Origin: Deltaproteobacteria bacterium
GTDB lineage: Bacteria > Myxococcota > Kuafuiibacteriia > Kuafuiibacteriales > Kuafuiibacteriaceae
Assembly (NCBI GenBank): GCA_040218735.1
Contig: JAVJQW010000033.1
Location: forward strand, 1-64,000
Reading direction: 5' to 3'
DNA: 64,000 nt
Shown here: positions 17,311-28,505 of the stretch, in pieces
Position numbering within the stretch: position 1 is the first letter of the stretch
How the letters are laid out: the number at the start of each line of letters is the position of its first letter
The notes under the pieces: model-generated
What the model was told of the DNA's origin: nothing
Seen by the model: the letters and a program-made list of their open reading frames with translations, nothing else
Databases searched by the model: none
Made by a program: the position numbers and the translations under genes

Positions 17311-18195
17311 ATGCTCGACTCGTTGAGGGATCTCGGCCTCTTCGTCGCCCTCGTGGACGCGGGGAGCTTCTCCTCCGCCGCCGACGCGCTGGGGGTCTCC
17401 AAGTCCGCCGTCAGCAAACACCTCGCGCGGCTCGAAGAACGGCTCGAGGCGCGCCTCCTCGAGCGGACGACGCGCTCGATGCGCCTCACCGACGCGGGCA
17501 CCGCCTACTACCAGCGGGCCAAACAGATCGTCGACGCCGCGGCGGAAGCCGAGGCGGAGGTCTGCGAGCGACAGAACACCGCCGTCGGACGGTTGGTGGT
17601 CTCGGCGCCCCGTTCCTACGCCCAGGCGTACCTCGCCCCCACGGTCGCGCGCTTCGTCGCGTCGCACCCGCGCGTGGAGGTGACCTTCGATCTCACGGAC
17701 CGCTACGTCGATCTCGTGGAGGAGGGGTACGACCTCGCGATCCGCATCGGCGAGCTCGCCGACTCGTCCCTCGTCGCGAAGCGCATCTCGACGTCGACGT
17801 ACCGCCTCGCTGCGTCCCCCGCGTACCTCGAAGCAAACGGTCGACCCCGCCGTCCCCGCGATCTCGAACGTCACGCCTGCCTCGTCTATCGGCAGGCGTC
17901 CCGGCTCGACCGTTGGCGGTTCGAGACGAAGCGCGGCCCGGTGACGGTCGCGGTGTCCGGCCGCCTCGAGAGCGACGACGGCGACCTCCTCGCGAAGGCG
18001 GCGATCGACGGCGCGGGCGTCGTCTACCTGCCGGACTTCATCGTGGACCCGTACGTCGACGCGGGGCGCCTCGTGTCGCTCCTTCCGCGCGCGTGCCGGG
18101 CCACGTCGCCGATCTGGGCCGTGTACCCGAGCCGTCGGAGTGTCTCGGAGAAGGTCCGCCTCTTCGTCGACGAGGTGCGGTCTATCTTGGACTAA
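17311..18195 (+). CDS. LysR family regulator (CrgA-like)
   Basis: GSFSSAA...SKSAVSK...LLERTTR and DRYVDLVEEGYDLAIRIG. Confidence 0.96.
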   Translation: MLDSLRDLGLFVALVDAGSFSSAADALGVSKSAVSKHLARLEERLEARLLERTTRSMRLTDAGTAYYQRAKQIVDAAAEAEAEVCERQNTAVGRLVVSAPRSYAQAYLAPTVARFVASHPRVEVTFDLTDRYVDLVEEGYDLAIRIGELADSSLVAKRISTSTYRLAASPAYLEANGRPRRPRDLERHACLVYRQASRLDRWRFETKRGPVTVAVSGRLESDDGDLLAKAAIDGAGVVYLPDFIVDPYVDAGRLVSLLPRACRATSPIWAVYPSRRSVSEKVRLFVDEVRSILD

Positions 18196-18866
18196 CTTCC
18201 GTCGCCGACCGACGTTCGTCGGCCGGTGCGCGGCGCGCCGCGGAGGAACTTTCCGCGCGTGACCTCCTTCGGTTTCGACGCTTCACATCCCATCCTGGGC
18301 ACGACGCAGAGATCGAGGTGCGAGCGGAGCGCGGCGTCGTAGCCGTCGAACGCGATGCGGGTCTGTTGCTGTTCGCGGTCGTACTGGTTGGAGGCGAAGA
18401 GCCCGACGACGATGCCCGCGACGATCGCGCCCAGGCCGACGCCGATCGTCGTGCGGGAGCTGCTCTCGGTGAACGCGGGTGAAAGCGTGGTGACCGCGCC
18501 GCCGGTCATGCACGCCGCCGCCACGCCCCCGAGCACGGAGCCCCAAAGGCGGTGGTTCTTGGCGCGTCGCGCCGCGGTCCACGGCACCGAGCCCTCGTCG
18601 ACCACCGGATCGAGGTCCTCCGGGAAGTCGACCTGGGTCTTGTCCGCGAGGATCAGGATGGGGCGCTCGCTCACCTCCGCCACAATCCGATCCGTCTGGG
18701 ACTCCTGCCAGACGGTGACCTCCGTCTGCCGCACCTTCGGGCGCAGGCGGGCGTAGGCCTCGCGGCGCTCGTCCGTCGAGGGACCCGCCGCGGACTTCAG
18801 CTCGACGTGCTGTCGCCCGGCGCACGCGACGGTGACGAGGAACGGCAGGAGCACCGCGCTGCGCAT
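18192..18866 (-). CDS. Hypothetical lipoprotein with two hydrophobic helices
   Basis: [15 protein letters not shown] lipobox and two Gly-rich hydrophobic segments. Confidence 0.7.
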   Translation of the reverse strand: MRSAVLLPFLVTVACAGRQHVELKSAAGPSTDERREAYARLRPKVRQTEVTVWQESQTDRIVAEVSERPILILADKTQVDFPEDLDPVVDEGSVPWTAARRAKNHRLWGSVLGGVAAACMTGGAVTTLSPAFTESSSRTTIGVGLGAIVAGIVVGLFASNQYDREQQQTRIAFDGYDAALRSHLDLCVVPRMGCEASKPKEVTRGKFLRGAPRTGRRTSVGDGS

Positions 18867-18931
18867 CCATCCGAGGTACCGGGGGACGGCCACGCTGGCA
18901 AGCGCATCGACATCCGCCCCGCGGGTCGTCT

Positions 18932-20968
18932 ATGACTTCGGCCATGGCGACTTTTCACGGCCGGTACGGCACGCACGGTCGGGTTCTCTCGGTTGATCTC
19001 ACGGACGGGTCCCACGAGGAGCTCGCGCTCGACGAAGACGTCTACCGCCAGTTTCTCGGCGGCTACGGCCTCGGCGCCTACCTCATGTGGAAACACTTCC
19101 CGGCCGGCGCGGACGCCGAGTCACCCGAGGCGTGTTTTGCGATCGTGTCCGGGCTCCTCACCGGCGTGAAGACGCCGTTCTCCGGGCGCATCCAGATCGT
19201 CGGCAAGTCCCCGCTCACCGGGACGTGGGCCGACAGCAACTCCGGCGGGAGCGTCGCCATCCAACTTCGTCGCGCCGGGTACGACGCGCTGATCGTGAAG
19301 GGCCGCGCGGCCGAGCCCTCGGTGCTGGTCGTCCAGGACGGCGAGGTCCGCGTCGAGCCGGCGGGTGAGCTGTGGGGCACCGAGATCCCCGAGGCGTTCG
19401 ACACGCTGCGCACGCGCTACGGCAAGAAGAGCGAGGTCGGCGTCTCGGCGATCGGTCCGGCGGGTGAGAAGCGGAGCAAGATCGCGTCGGTGATGAACGA
19501 CCGCTACCACGCGTTCGGTCGACAGGGCTTCGGCGCGATCTACGGGAGCAAGAACCTCAAGGCGATCGTCGTCGGCGGGACGGGCTCGGTGCCGGTCGCG
19601 GACGAGCCGACGTTCCGCGCGCTCTGCGAGGGCGTGAACAAACAGTACAAGCGCGACACCGGCCTCTTCATGCGCATCGCGGTGTGGTTCCTGAAGCCGA
19701 AGAAGTGGCTCGGGTTCTTCTACCGCGCGGCGCGGAAGCTCGGGATGAAGCTCGAGACGCCGCAGGCCGCGTTCCGCCAGCTCTGGGCGGACTACGGTAC
19801 GACGAGCGCCGTGGCGCTCTCCGTCGAGAACGGCGACGCGCCAATCAAGAACTGGAAGGGCGTCGGTCCCACCGACTTCCCGCTCGCGTCGAAGAGCCTG
19901 AAGGTCGACGGCGGCGAGGTGAAGAAGATCATCGAGAAGAAACTCTCGTGCGGCGACTGCCCGGCGCCGTGCAAGGGCATCGTGGGGGTGAAGAAACGCG
20001 GCCTGACCGACGTGCGTCGCCCCGATTATGAGACCCTCGTCGGCTTCGGCGCGAACCTCCTCAACGACGACCTCGAGCTCGTCGCCGCGTGCCACGACGC
20101 GTGCAACCGGTACGGCATGGACGCCGTGTCGTCGTCCGCGACGCTCGCGTGGGTCGCCGAGGCGATGGACGAGGGTGCGCTCACCAAGGACGACCTCGAC
20201 GGCATCGACATGCGCTGGGGCAACGGCGAAGCCGCGCTCGCGCTCACCGAGAAGATCGGGAAGGGCGAGGGCTGCGGCGAGTGGCTGCGTCACGGCTCCG
20301 CCTCCGCGGCGAAACACGTCGGCAAGGGGAGCGAGGCTTACGTGATCGCGGTGCGCGGTCAGGAGCCGGCGTACCACGACCCGCGGTTCTCCTCGTTGAT
20401 GGGTTTGACGTTCGTCTCGGACCCGACGCCCGGCCGACACACCGCGGGTGGCGCGTCGTGGCAGGAGTGCTTCGGCGCGGGCTTCCCGATCCCGGGCGCG
20501 GTGGCGGACGGCGAGACCAAGGTCAGCTGGAACGGCGACGCGGGTAAGGGCGTCGCGCAGGCGCACTTCTCGAACGCGCACCAGGTGATGAACGGCCTCG
20601 GGCTGTGCCTGTTCACCAACCTCACCGGCGGGCTGCCCTGGCTCGATCTCACGAACGCGCTCACGGGCTGGGACCTCACCCCCGAGGAGCTCCTCGCGTG
20701 CGGCGAGCGCATCCAGCACTTGCGGCACTCGTTCAACGTGCGCGAGGGCCTGACGCCGAAGGACTTCGTCGCGCCGCCGCGCATGTTCGGCGCGGGCGAC
20801 GGCAAGCTGTCGAGCGGCCCGCTCAAGGACGTCGTCGTCCCGATCGCCGCGCTCCGCCGTGACTATCACGCGGCGATGAAGTGGAACGACGACTCCGGTC
20901 GGCTCTCGCGCGTCCGCGCAGAACAGCTCGGCATCGACGGGTTGCTCGAGGGCTACCTCGAGGCGTGA
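18932..20968 (+). CDS. Aldehyde:ferredoxin oxidoreductase family (tungstopterin, 4Fe-4S)
   Basis: [45 protein letters not shown]. Start may be 18944. Confidence 0.93.
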   Translation: MTSAMATFHGRYGTHGRVLSVDLTDGSHEELALDEDVYRQFLGGYGLGAYLMWKHFPAGADAESPEACFAIVSGLLTGVKTPFSGRIQIVGKSPLTGTWADSNSGGSVAIQLRRAGYDALIVKGRAAEPSVLVVQDGEVRVEPAGELWGTEIPEAFDTLRTRYGKKSEVGVSAIGPAGEKRSKIASVMNDRYHAFGRQGFGAIYGSKNLKAIVVGGTGSVPVADEPTFRALCEGVNKQYKRDTGLFMRIAVWFLKPKKWLGFFYRAARKLGMKLETPQAAFRQLWADYGTTSAVALSVENGDAPIKNWKGVGPTDFPLASKSLKVDGGEVKKIIEKKLSCGDCPAPCKGIVGVKKRGLTDVRRPDYETLVGFGANLLNDDLELVAACHDACNRYGMDAVSSSATLAWVAEAMDEGALTKDDLDGIDMRWGNGEAALALTEKIGKGEGCGEWLRHGSASAAKHVGKGSEAYVIAVRGQEPAYHDPRFSSLMGLTFVSDPTPGRHTAGGASWQECFGAGFPIPGAVADGETKVSWNGDAGKGVAQAHFSNAHQVMNGLGLCLFTNLTGGLPWLDLTNALTGWDLTPEELLACGERIQHLRHSFNVREGLTPKDFVAPPRMFGAGDGKLSSGPLKDVVVPIAALRRDYHAAMKWNDDSGRLSRVRAEQLGIDGLLEGYLEA

Positions 20969-21285
20969 GCCTCTTCGACAAAGCGCGATCGCTCCTCGGC
21001 GGTGGTCCGAGGATCCGCGTGCACGTCGTCGTGCAGGGGCGGATCGGTGCGGGGTGGCAGAACATCGACGAACACTTCGCGCTCCCGGAGGGCGCGACGC
21101 TCGGCGACCTGATCGACACCGCGGACCGGGGGGGCTTCGACCTCTCCGGCTCCATCGCGAAGAGCCCGCACCTCGCGCACACGCTGATGCTCAACGGTGA
21201 GCGCTGCGCGGTCGCCGAGAACCGCGATCGTGTCCTCGCCGACGGCGATCAGGTGTTCCTGCTCGCACCGATCGCTGGGGGCTGA
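20965..21285 (+). CDS. MoaD/ThiS family sulfur carrier
   Basis: [17 protein letters not shown]-terminal GG; GTGA overlap with AOR. Confidence 0.88.
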   Translation: MSLFDKARSLLGGGPRIRVHVVVQGRIGAGWQNIDEHFALPEGATLGDLIDTADRGGFDLSGSIAKSPHLAHTLMLNGERCAVAENRDRVLADGDQVFLLAPIAGG

Positions 21286-21524
21286 CCGCGCCCGTGAGCG
21301 CGCCCTGGGTCATCGCAGCACTCGCTGAGGCCTACGGGCGCGCGCCGCACGCTGTGGTGCTGGAGCGACGCATCGTAGAGACGGTGAGGCCCGGAGGAGG
21401 CGCGTCGGCGATCACATCGGGCGGTCGGGCATCCAACGAACGCGTCGTGATCTCCGCGAGTTGAGTCGAGCTTCGGGCCGCGCGCCGCGTTCGCTGGCGC
21501 GCGCCGTGCACTCGTCGTGCGCCC

Positions 21525-23069
21525 ATGATGCGAACGCACTTCGTCACCACCTCGCTTTGTCTGGGCGTCGTCGCCTGCGCGCCGGATCGTGATCCGGGGC
21601 CCGCGATGATGGACCCAGCGAAGGAGATGACGCCGACGGAGCGGGAGCCGCAGCCGACGACCTGGGCGCCGTACGAGGCGCCGGCTCCGATCGCCGCCGC
21701 CGACCAGGACTGGACGCCGCGCATGTCGGAGCCGATCCGCGTTCAGCCGCGTTACCGCCCGATGCACGTCGAGGGGCCTCGGCTGCTCGCGGCGAAGGAG
21801 GCCTATCCGAAGAAGGCGTTTGTCTTCGACGCCGAGTCGAACGTTCGTGTCGACCTCGCCGGACCGCTCACGACACCCGACGTAGAGATCGACGGTGCGT
21901 GGCGCTACCTCGCGGTGCGCGCGACGAGGGACGGGCCGAGCTGGACGCTCTTCTCGCTGACGAACGGATCCACCGTGGCGACGTTCGACAACGCCGCGTA
22001 CCTGCGGTGGACGCAGGACGGCTCCGCGTTGGTCGGGCTGACCATCGATCACGAGCTCGTCGCGTACGAGGCACCGGACTTCGAACGACGGTCACTCGCG
22101 ACTGGCGTCGCGCCGTTCTTCAACGTGACCGAGAAGGGGATCATCGCGGAGAAGGACTACCAGCAGTTCTACCGCTCCGCCGACGAAACCGTCGCGCGGG
22201 ATCTCGACGGCAATGTCGTGCACGTGTCCCCGGACGGCCGGCGGGTCTTGTTGGACCGGAGCATCGTCGACCTCGACACCGGACACACCCACGTCGCGAG
22301 TGACTTCGGTCTCGCCTACTACGACGACGCGCTCACCAAGGCCGCCTACTCCGTCGACGGCAGCCTCTACGCGTGGCGCGAAGGGGAGGCCCCGGAGCTC
22401 GTCGCCGAGGATCACGACGGCGTGGCCGTCGCGCGCGTGGCCGACGATGGTCTGGTGTGGGCCGAGACGCCGGACGGACCGCACACGGTCTATCGCGATC
22501 TGCAGGGCACGCGGACGCAGCTCGCGCGCGGCGTCTTGGATCGCGCGTTCGACGCGAGCGCTTCGCTGCAGCGCGTGGTGTACGCGTCCCGCCTCGAGCG
22601 CACGGAGGTCGTCGACGGGAGCGAGCACATCGTCCTCTACGACTGGGATGGCTACGAGGCCATCGGTGACGAACTGGCGACGCTGGTCCTCTACAACGAC
22701 GAACAGACCGCGTTCTTCGACTTCACTTCGCAGACCGTCATGCCGATCGAGTCCGAGCGGGCTGTCCGAGTTCAGGCCGACGCGGAAGGGTACGTCACGG
22801 GCGTCGTTCGCTACGCGAGCCGATACATCGTCGATGTGTACCGCGGCACGCAGCGCATCGCGTCGCTCGAGAACGTCGACCGCAACAGCGTCGAGGTGCG
22901 CGGTGGGTTCGTGTTCGCACGCGACGGTCAGGACGCTCTGTACGTGCTCGGCGCCGACCACGACGCGCCCGTGAAGATCGCCGACGACGTGTGGTCGGAG
23001 ACGGTCTCGGGGGACTGGGCGTACTACGTGGATCGCGACGACGTGCTCATGGCGCGGAAGCTGCGCTGA
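21525..23069 (+). CDS. Hypothetical lipoprotein, probable beta-propeller
   Basis: Lipobox VVAC and repeated blade-like motifs (WTQDGS, VSPDGRRV). Confidence 0.75.
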   Translation: MMRTHFVTTSLCLGVVACAPDRDPGPAMMDPAKEMTPTEREPQPTTWAPYEAPAPIAAADQDWTPRMSEPIRVQPRYRPMHVEGPRLLAAKEAYPKKAFVFDAESNVRVDLAGPLTTPDVEIDGAWRYLAVRATRDGPSWTLFSLTNGSTVATFDNAAYLRWTQDGSALVGLTIDHELVAYEAPDFERRSLATGVAPFFNVTEKGIIAEKDYQQFYRSADETVARDLDGNVVHVSPDGRRVLLDRSIVDLDTGHTHVASDFGLAYYDDALTKAAYSVDGSLYAWREGEAPELVAEDHDGVAVARVADDGLVWAETPDGPHTVYRDLQGTRTQLARGVLDRAFDASASLQRVVYASRLERTEVVDGSEHIVLYDWDGYEAIGDELATLVLYNDEQTAFFDFTSQTVMPIESERAVRVQADAEGYVTGVVRYASRYIVDVYRGTQRIASLENVDRNSVEVRGGFVFARDGQDALYVLGADHDAPVKIADDVWSETVSGDWAYYVDRDDVLMARKLR

Positions 23070-23124
23070 AGTCGGCGTGGTCACCCCCGCCGCATCCTGG
23101 CGAACGTGGCACGCGCAGTGGCGA

Positions 23125-24315
23125 TCAGATCGCCTTCAACGCCGCGTCGAGATCCTCGAGCAGATCGTGCACGTCTTCGATGCCCGTCGAGTAGCGCACG
23201 AGGCTCTCCGAGATCCCCATCCGGCGGCGCTCCTCGGGCGACGACTCGACGTGGCTCGTCGTCTGCGGCGGACCGACTAGCGTACCGACGGACCCGAGGC
23301 TCGCCGCGAGGTGCGCGAAGCGCAGGCGCGGCAGCACCTTCTTCACCGCTTCGAAGCCCCCGGCGAGCTCGAAGCTTAGCATGCCTCCGAAGCCGCGCAT
23401 CTGTCGTCGCGCGACCTGGTAGTGCTGGTGGGTCTCGAGGCCCGGGTAGTAGACGGCTTCGACTTTGTCGTGCTGGTAGAGGAACTTCGCAACTTCCATT
23501 GCGCTCGCGTTTTGTCGTTCCACGCGCAGGTGCAGGGTCTTGAGCCCGCGCAGCAGCAGGTACGCCGACATCGGGTGCAACGTCGCGCCGGTGATCTCCC
23601 GGTAGTGGAAGATGCGTTGGATCAGCGCCTTTGATCCGCACACGACGCCCCCCATCGCGTCGGAGTGTCCGCCGAGGAACTTCGTCGCGCTGTGCAGGAC
23701 GAGGTCCACGCCGAGCGCGAGCGGGTTCTGGTTGATCGGCGTCGCGAAGGTGTTGTCGACGACCGTGACCGCGCCGACCTTCGCCGCCGCCTTCGCGAGG
23801 CGCTCGATGTCGAGGATCTTGAGCGTCGGGTTCGTCGGGGTCTCGAGGTAGACGACCTTGCAGCCCTTCGCGATCGCCGCCTCCATCGCTTCGTGGTCGC
23901 CGGTCGTCACCAGGTCGACCTCGATCTTCTGCCGCGGACAGAACTCCAGGAAGATCTTGTTGGTGCCGCCGTAGGTGTCCTTGATCGACACCACACGATC
24001 GCCGGGCGCGAGGAGCGTGAACAGGGTGTTGCTCACCGCCGCCATCCCCGTCGAGAAGCTCGTCGCGGCCTCGGCGCCTTCGAGCGCCGCGACCTTCGCC
24101 TCGAACGGCGCGACGGTCGGGTTTGTGTTGCGGCTGTAGATGTGGCCGGGGGTGTCGCCGACCGCGACCGAGAACCAGTCGTCGAGGTCGCGGTACCCGA
24201 ACGTCACGCTGTGGACGACCGGGATCGTCGTCGGCCCCTCCGCCGTGCTCTCCTCACCGGCCCACACGGCCTTCGTTGCGAGTCGTGCGTCCTTTGTGTC
24301 TTCGTGATTCGTCAC
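23125..24315 (-). CDS. Cystathionine gamma-synthase/gamma-lyase family PLP enzyme
   Basis: YSRNTNPT, ETPTNP, VDNTF, HSATKFLGGHSD, ASLG. Confidence 0.94.
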   Translation of the reverse strand: MTNHEDTKDARLATKAVWAGEESTAEGPTTIPVVHSVTFGYRDLDDWFSVAVGDTPGHIYSRNTNPTVAPFEAKVAALEGAEAATSFSTGMAAVSNTLFTLLAPGDRVVSIKDTYGGTNKIFLEFCPRQKIEVDLVTTGDHEAMEAAIAKGCKVVYLETPTNPTLKILDIERLAKAAAKVGAVTVVDNTFATPINQNPLALGVDLVLHSATKFLGGHSDAMGGVVCGSKALIQRIFHYREITGATLHPMSAYLLLRGLKTLHLRVERQNASAMEVAKFLYQHDKVEAVYYPGLETHQHYQVARRQMRGFGGMLSFELAGGFEAVKKVLPRLRFAHLAASLGSVGTLVGPPQTTSHVESSPEERRRMGISESLVRYSTGIEDVHDLLEDLDAALKAI

Positions 24316-24327
24316 TTCGTTGTCTCC

Positions 24328-25290
24328 TCAGGTGTCGATGTCCGTACCCCACCCGCGCTCGACGAGACGCCGGTGGGCCATCCGCGCGATCATCGTGTCC
24401 TGGACGCCGGTCCCGGTGAGATCACAGACGGTGATGTCGTCGGGGCGCATGCGTCCGGGGACCGCGCCCTTGGTGAGCTGGCCAAGCTCCGTCGCGTCGA
24501 CGTCTTGTGCGTTGCGCAGCTCGCCGAGGCGGCGGCTCTGCGCGACGACGTCGACGACCACGCGGTCCGCGCGCCGGAGCACGTCGGCTTCGAGCTCTTG
24601 TTTGTCTTCCGCGTCCGAACCGATCGCCGTGACGTGCACGCCGGGGCGCAGCCACTCGGCGCGGACGAGCGGCGCCTTCGCGGGCGTGGTCGTCACGAGG
24701 ACGTCGCTCTCGGAGCACACCGATTCGATCGACGCGGGCTCCGCGGCGACGTCGTATCGCTCGCGGACCTCGGCCGCGTACGCGGAGGCCTTCGCCGCGT
24801 CGCGCGCGAACACGAGCACGTGTGAGAAGTCGCGGACGAGCCGCAGGGCTGCGAGCTGCAGACGCGCTTGGTTCCCGGCGCCGACGATGCCAACGGTCGT
24901 GACTTGCTCGCGCGCGAGGTGCTTGGCCGCGATGGCGCCGGCGAGCGCGGTGCGGACGTCGGTGAGGTAGCCGTTGTCGAGGAGCACCGCGATCGGCGCG
25001 CCGGTCTCGCTCGACAGCAGCACCATCAGGCCGCCGCCGGAGGGGAGGCCGCGCTGTGGGTTGTCGAAGAAGCCGGTCGACATCTTCACGGCGAAGCTGT
25101 CGAGGCCGCGCACGTAGGCGGACTTCACGTCGAGCTCGCCGTGGTGGTCGGGGACGTCGATGCGGAGGATCGGCGGCTGGGTCACGCGCCCTTCGGCGAG
25201 CGCCGTGAAGCCCGCTTCGATCTCGGCCATCACGTCGAGGTCCGGCTCGACGCAGCTGCGGATCAGGGTCTCGGTCGCGACGCGGATCAT
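24328..25290 (-). CDS. eutC: Ornithine cyclodeaminase family, EutC-like
   Basis: GELDVKSAY, KMSTGFFDNP, LLDNGYLTDVRTA, DLTGTGVQD. Confidence 0.88.
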   Translation of the reverse strand: MIRVATETLIRSCVEPDLDVMAEIEAGFTALAEGRVTQPPILRIDVPDHHGELDVKSAYVRGLDSFAVKMSTGFFDNPQRGLPSGGGLMVLLSSETGAPIAVLLDNGYLTDVRTALAGAIAAKHLAREQVTTVGIVGAGNQARLQLAALRLVRDFSHVLVFARDAAKASAYAAEVRERYDVAAEPASIESVCSESDVLVTTTPAKAPLVRAEWLRPGVHVTAIGSDAEDKQELEADVLRRADRVVVDVVAQSRRLGELRNAQDVDATELGQLTKGAVPGRMRPDDITVCDLTGTGVQDTMIARMAHRRLVERGWGTDIDT

Positions 25291-26237
25291 GCCGTCACCT
25301 GAGACGCCCGGTGTCGCGCGACGATGTGCGCGAGGCGATCGGGGTCGACGTTGCCGCCGCTCGCGACGAGGGCGATACGACGGCCGAGCGGGTACCGCAT
25401 CGCGGCAGCGAGCGTCGCGGCGCCGGCGCCTTCGAGGGTCTGGCCTTCTTCGAGGTACGCCCACGCCATCGCGCGTTCGATTTCGGCTTCTCCGACGACG
25501 ACGTGTTCGTCGACCAGGTCGCGGACCAGCGCAAACGTGTAGCGGTTGGCGAGGCCGACGCCGCCCAGGAGGCTGTCCGCGACGGTGGGCTGTTCGGCGC
25601 GTTCGATCGGGTGCCCGGCGGCGAGGCTGTCCACCATGACCGGGGTCTGCGCCGCGGAGACGCCGACGACGCGGACGTCGGGGCGCGCGGACTTCACCGC
25701 GAGCGCGATGCCGCCGAGCAAGCCGCCGCCGGAGAGCGGCGCGACGACCGTGTCGACCGCGGGCCACCGCTCCAACAGCTCTACGCCGATCGTGCCTTGT
25801 CCGGCGATGACACTGGGGTCGTCGAAGGGGTGGATGAGCTCGAGTCGTTCTTCCGCGGCGATGTGTCGCGCGAACACCTCGGCTTCGTCTTGGCTGTCGC
25901 CGACGACGTGCACTTCAGCGCCGGTCGCTTCGAGCGCCGCGACCTTGTTGGCGGGGACACGGCGCGAGATGCACACCACGGCGCGCACGCCGAGCTCTCG
26001 TGCGACGTGGGCGACGGCGCGGCCGTGGTTTCCGGTGGACACCGTGACGACGCCGCGGGCGTCGGGCGCGAGATCGCGGAGGCGGTTCGCCGCGCCCCGC
26101 ACCTTGAACGCGCCGGTGGGCTGGAGGTTCTCCAGCTTGAGGCGCACCTCGCGCTCCGGGGCGCTCAGGGCGGAGGGCACGAGCGGCGTCGAAGTCACGA
26201 CTTCGCGCGCACGGTCGATGGAGCTCGCGTCGATCAC
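25287..26237 (-). CDS. eutB: Threonine dehydratase family, EutB-like
   Basis: KLENLQPTGAFKVRGA, STGNHG, PLSGGGL, TVADSLLGG; coupled to eutC. Confidence 0.85.
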   Translation of the reverse strand: MIDASSIDRAREVVTSTPLVPSALSAPEREVRLKLENLQPTGAFKVRGAANRLRDLAPDARGVVTVSTGNHGRAVAHVARELGVRAVVCISRRVPANKVAALEATGAEVHVVGDSQDEAEVFARHIAAEERLELIHPFDDPSVIAGQGTIGVELLERWPAVDTVVAPLSGGGLLGGIALAVKSARPDVRVVGVSAAQTPVMVDSLAAGHPIERAEQPTVADSLLGGVGLANRYTFALVRDLVDEHVVVGEAEIERAMAWAYLEEGQTLEGAGAATLAAAMRYPLGRRIALVASGGNVDPDRLAHIVARHRASQVTA

Positions 26238-27658
26238 GCGACCTCCGCGCTCTCGAACGCGGCACCGGTGACCCACCCGACGAGCCGCGACAGTCCGAAC
26301 ACGGCGAAGCTCGCCGCGATGCCGGGAAGGATCTCGAAGACACTCGCGCCGAGTCCGACCTCACGCCAGACGATGACCGTCGTCAGCCCGACCACCATCT
26401 GCAGCAGCGCCGTCTTGCCGCCGACCTCGACGTCGTAGAGGCGCAGCAAGAGGATCGGTCCGAGGCTCGCCGCGAGGCCGGACCACGCGATGAACACCAG
26501 CTCGAGCACACTCGACGGACCCCACAGCGCGATCGCGAGGCACGCGATCGTGATGAACAGCGTGCCGGCCTTGGCGAAGATGTAACCCTTGCCGAGGCGC
26601 GGCGCGATGTCCTGCGTCAGCGCGGCGGAGCAGGAGAGGATGAGCGAGTCCGCGGTCGACATCGTCGAAGCGAAGATGCCCGCGAGGATGATGCCCACGA
26701 GGACCTCGGGGAGGAGCTGTCCGGCGAGCGTCGGCATCGCGAGCTCCGGGTCGAACGCGGCGGTGTCGGGGATGAGCACACGAGCGTAGAGCGCGACGGC
26801 GACCGCGGCGATCGAGAAGGGGATGTAGCCGGCGAAGTAGACGCGGCGGGCGCGGCGGATCTCGGAGGGGTCGCGGATCGCCATGGAGCGGACGAGCACG
26901 TGCGGTGCGCCGACCGCGCCGAAGCCGCCGGCGATCCAGCCGAGGAAGTACAGGCCGAAGCCGAGCGCGAGGTCGTCGGGGACGATGTCGACGAGCGCGG
27001 GGTCCATCGCGGCGAGCTTGCCGTACAACATGGCCGGGCCGCCGACGTCGGCGACCGCGTAGCCGAGCATGAGGATCATCGCGGCGATCATCACGACGGC
27101 CTGGACGGCGTCGGTCCAGATGGAGGCGCGGATGCCACCCGAGAAGCAGTAGACGAGCACGACGATCGCCCCGAGCACCGCGCCGACCGCGTGGTCCCAG
27201 CCGAAGAACACCGTGAGCGCCTTGCTCCCGGCGGAGAGCTGCGCGGCGCCGTACACACTCAGGAAGACGAGCGTGAGCAGGCCGGCGGCTTTGACGAGAC
27301 GATGGTCGGACTTGTTGCCGTCGTGTCCGAGGAGCGCGGGCACGGTGACGGCGCCGACCGCTTCGGAGCGCCGACGCACGCGCTCGTGCACGAAGCGCCA
27401 CACCATGTAGTCGCCGACGGTCCAGCCGAGCGTGAGCCACAGCGCCGACAGTCCGAACATGTACGTGAAGCCGATGAGCCCCATGAACATGTAGCCGGAG
27501 AAGTTCGTGGCCACCGAGGACAGCGCGGTGAGCACCGGGTGCACGCCCCGGCCCGCGACGAGGTAGTCGTCCACCTCCGTCTTCTTCTTCACCACGGCGG
27601 CGGCACCGACGGCGGCGAAGGCGAGGAGGAACAGGCCGAAGCTGATCATCACGGTCAT
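26234..27658 (-). CDS. Sodium:solute symporter (PutP-like)
   Basis: DYLVAGR, SGYMFMGL, SIWTDAVQ, MSTADS; many TM helices. Confidence 0.93.
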   Translation of the reverse strand: MTVMISFGLFLLAFAAVGAAAVVKKKTEVDDYLVAGRGVHPVLTALSSVATNFSGYMFMGLIGFTYMFGLSALWLTLGWTVGDYMVWRFVHERVRRRSEAVGAVTVPALLGHDGNKSDHRLVKAAGLLTLVFLSVYGAAQLSAGSKALTVFFGWDHAVGAVLGAIVVLVYCFSGGIRASIWTDAVQAVVMIAAMILMLGYAVADVGGPAMLYGKLAAMDPALVDIVPDDLALGFGLYFLGWIAGGFGAVGAPHVLVRSMAIRDPSEIRRARRVYFAGYIPFSIAAVAVALYARVLIPDTAAFDPELAMPTLAGQLLPEVLVGIILAGIFASTMSTADSLILSCSAALTQDIAPRLGKGYIFAKAGTLFITIACLAIALWGPSSVLELVFIAWSGLAASLGPILLLRLYDVEVGGKTALLQMVVGLTTVIVWREVGLGASVFEILPGIAASFAVFGLSRLVGWVTGAAFESAEVA

Positions 27659-27701
27659 GGCAGACAGTGGTATCGCCGCTGGGCCGGGGGAGTTGCGTTA
27701 G

Positions 27702-27777
27702 TTGTGTACATCTGGCCGCGATCTGGGGCGAAAAGCCTAACGGGTTTAACTGTAGATCGGTCGATTTCGTATACAAA
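27702..27777. promoter_or_regulatory. Two candidate GntR operators
   Basis: Near-palindromes TTGTGTACAT (27702-27711) and TTCGTATACAAA (27766-27777) in the divergent promoter region. Confidence 0.45.
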
Positions 27778-27806
27778 TGCGGCGGCGCGCCGATAAGACT
27801 GTACCC

Positions 27807-28505
27807 ATGAGCGCCGCCGCCGCCGCTGTCGACCTCCTCTCCGGGAGGGAGCGCCTCGACGCCATCCACCGCGAGGTCCGCCGCCGCATCTGCACGCTGC
27901 AGTACGCCCCCGGCGAAGCGCTCAAGGAGACCGCGCTCGCGGAGGAGTTCGGCGTGAGCCGCACGCCGATGCGTCAAGTCTTGCAGCGGCTGGAGTTCGA
28001 GTGGCTCGTCGAGAGCAAACGCGGTGTCGGCACACTCGTGACGCGCGTGGAGTTCGACGCGCTGCAGGAGGTCTACGAGCTCCGCATGAAGCTCTCGGAG
28101 CTGATCGGCGAGCTGACGCCGCGCGTACCGACGCCCGCGGACGTCGCCGCGATGGAGCGGCTCGAAGCGCGGTGCCGCGCGCTCCGCGACGACCTCGACC
28201 CGCACGCCTTCGCCGCGCTCAACTTGGACTTCCACGAACGTCTGATGTCGCTCGTCGGCAACGCGCCGCTGCGGGAGACGTTGAGTCGCCAGTTCCACCG
28301 CACCGCGCGGATCTGGATGAGCTGGGGCGACGCGATCGACTGGGCAGAAGAGGTCGACCGGTTCGAACGCGAGATCGGCGAGCTCCTCGTCGCGCTCCGC
28401 GTTCAGGACGTGCGGTCCGTCGGTTACGCCCACCGAAACCACATCTCGATGAGCTTGCTGCGCATCCGACGTCACGTCGAACGCAGCCGAACAGGAGAGA
28501 ACTGA
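27807..28505 (+). CDS. GntR family regulator (FCD domain)
   Basis: LAEEFGVSRTPMRQVL and FHERLM...GNAPL. Confidence 0.93.
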   Translation: MSAAAAAVDLLSGRERLDAIHREVRRRICTLQYAPGEALKETALAEEFGVSRTPMRQVLQRLEFEWLVESKRGVGTLVTRVEFDALQEVYELRMKLSELIGELTPRVPTPADVAAMERLEARCRALRDDLDPHAFAALNLDFHERLMSLVGNAPLRETLSRQFHRTARIWMSWGDAIDWAEEVDRFEREIGELLVALRVQDVRSVGYAHRNHISMSLLRIRRHVERSRTGEN

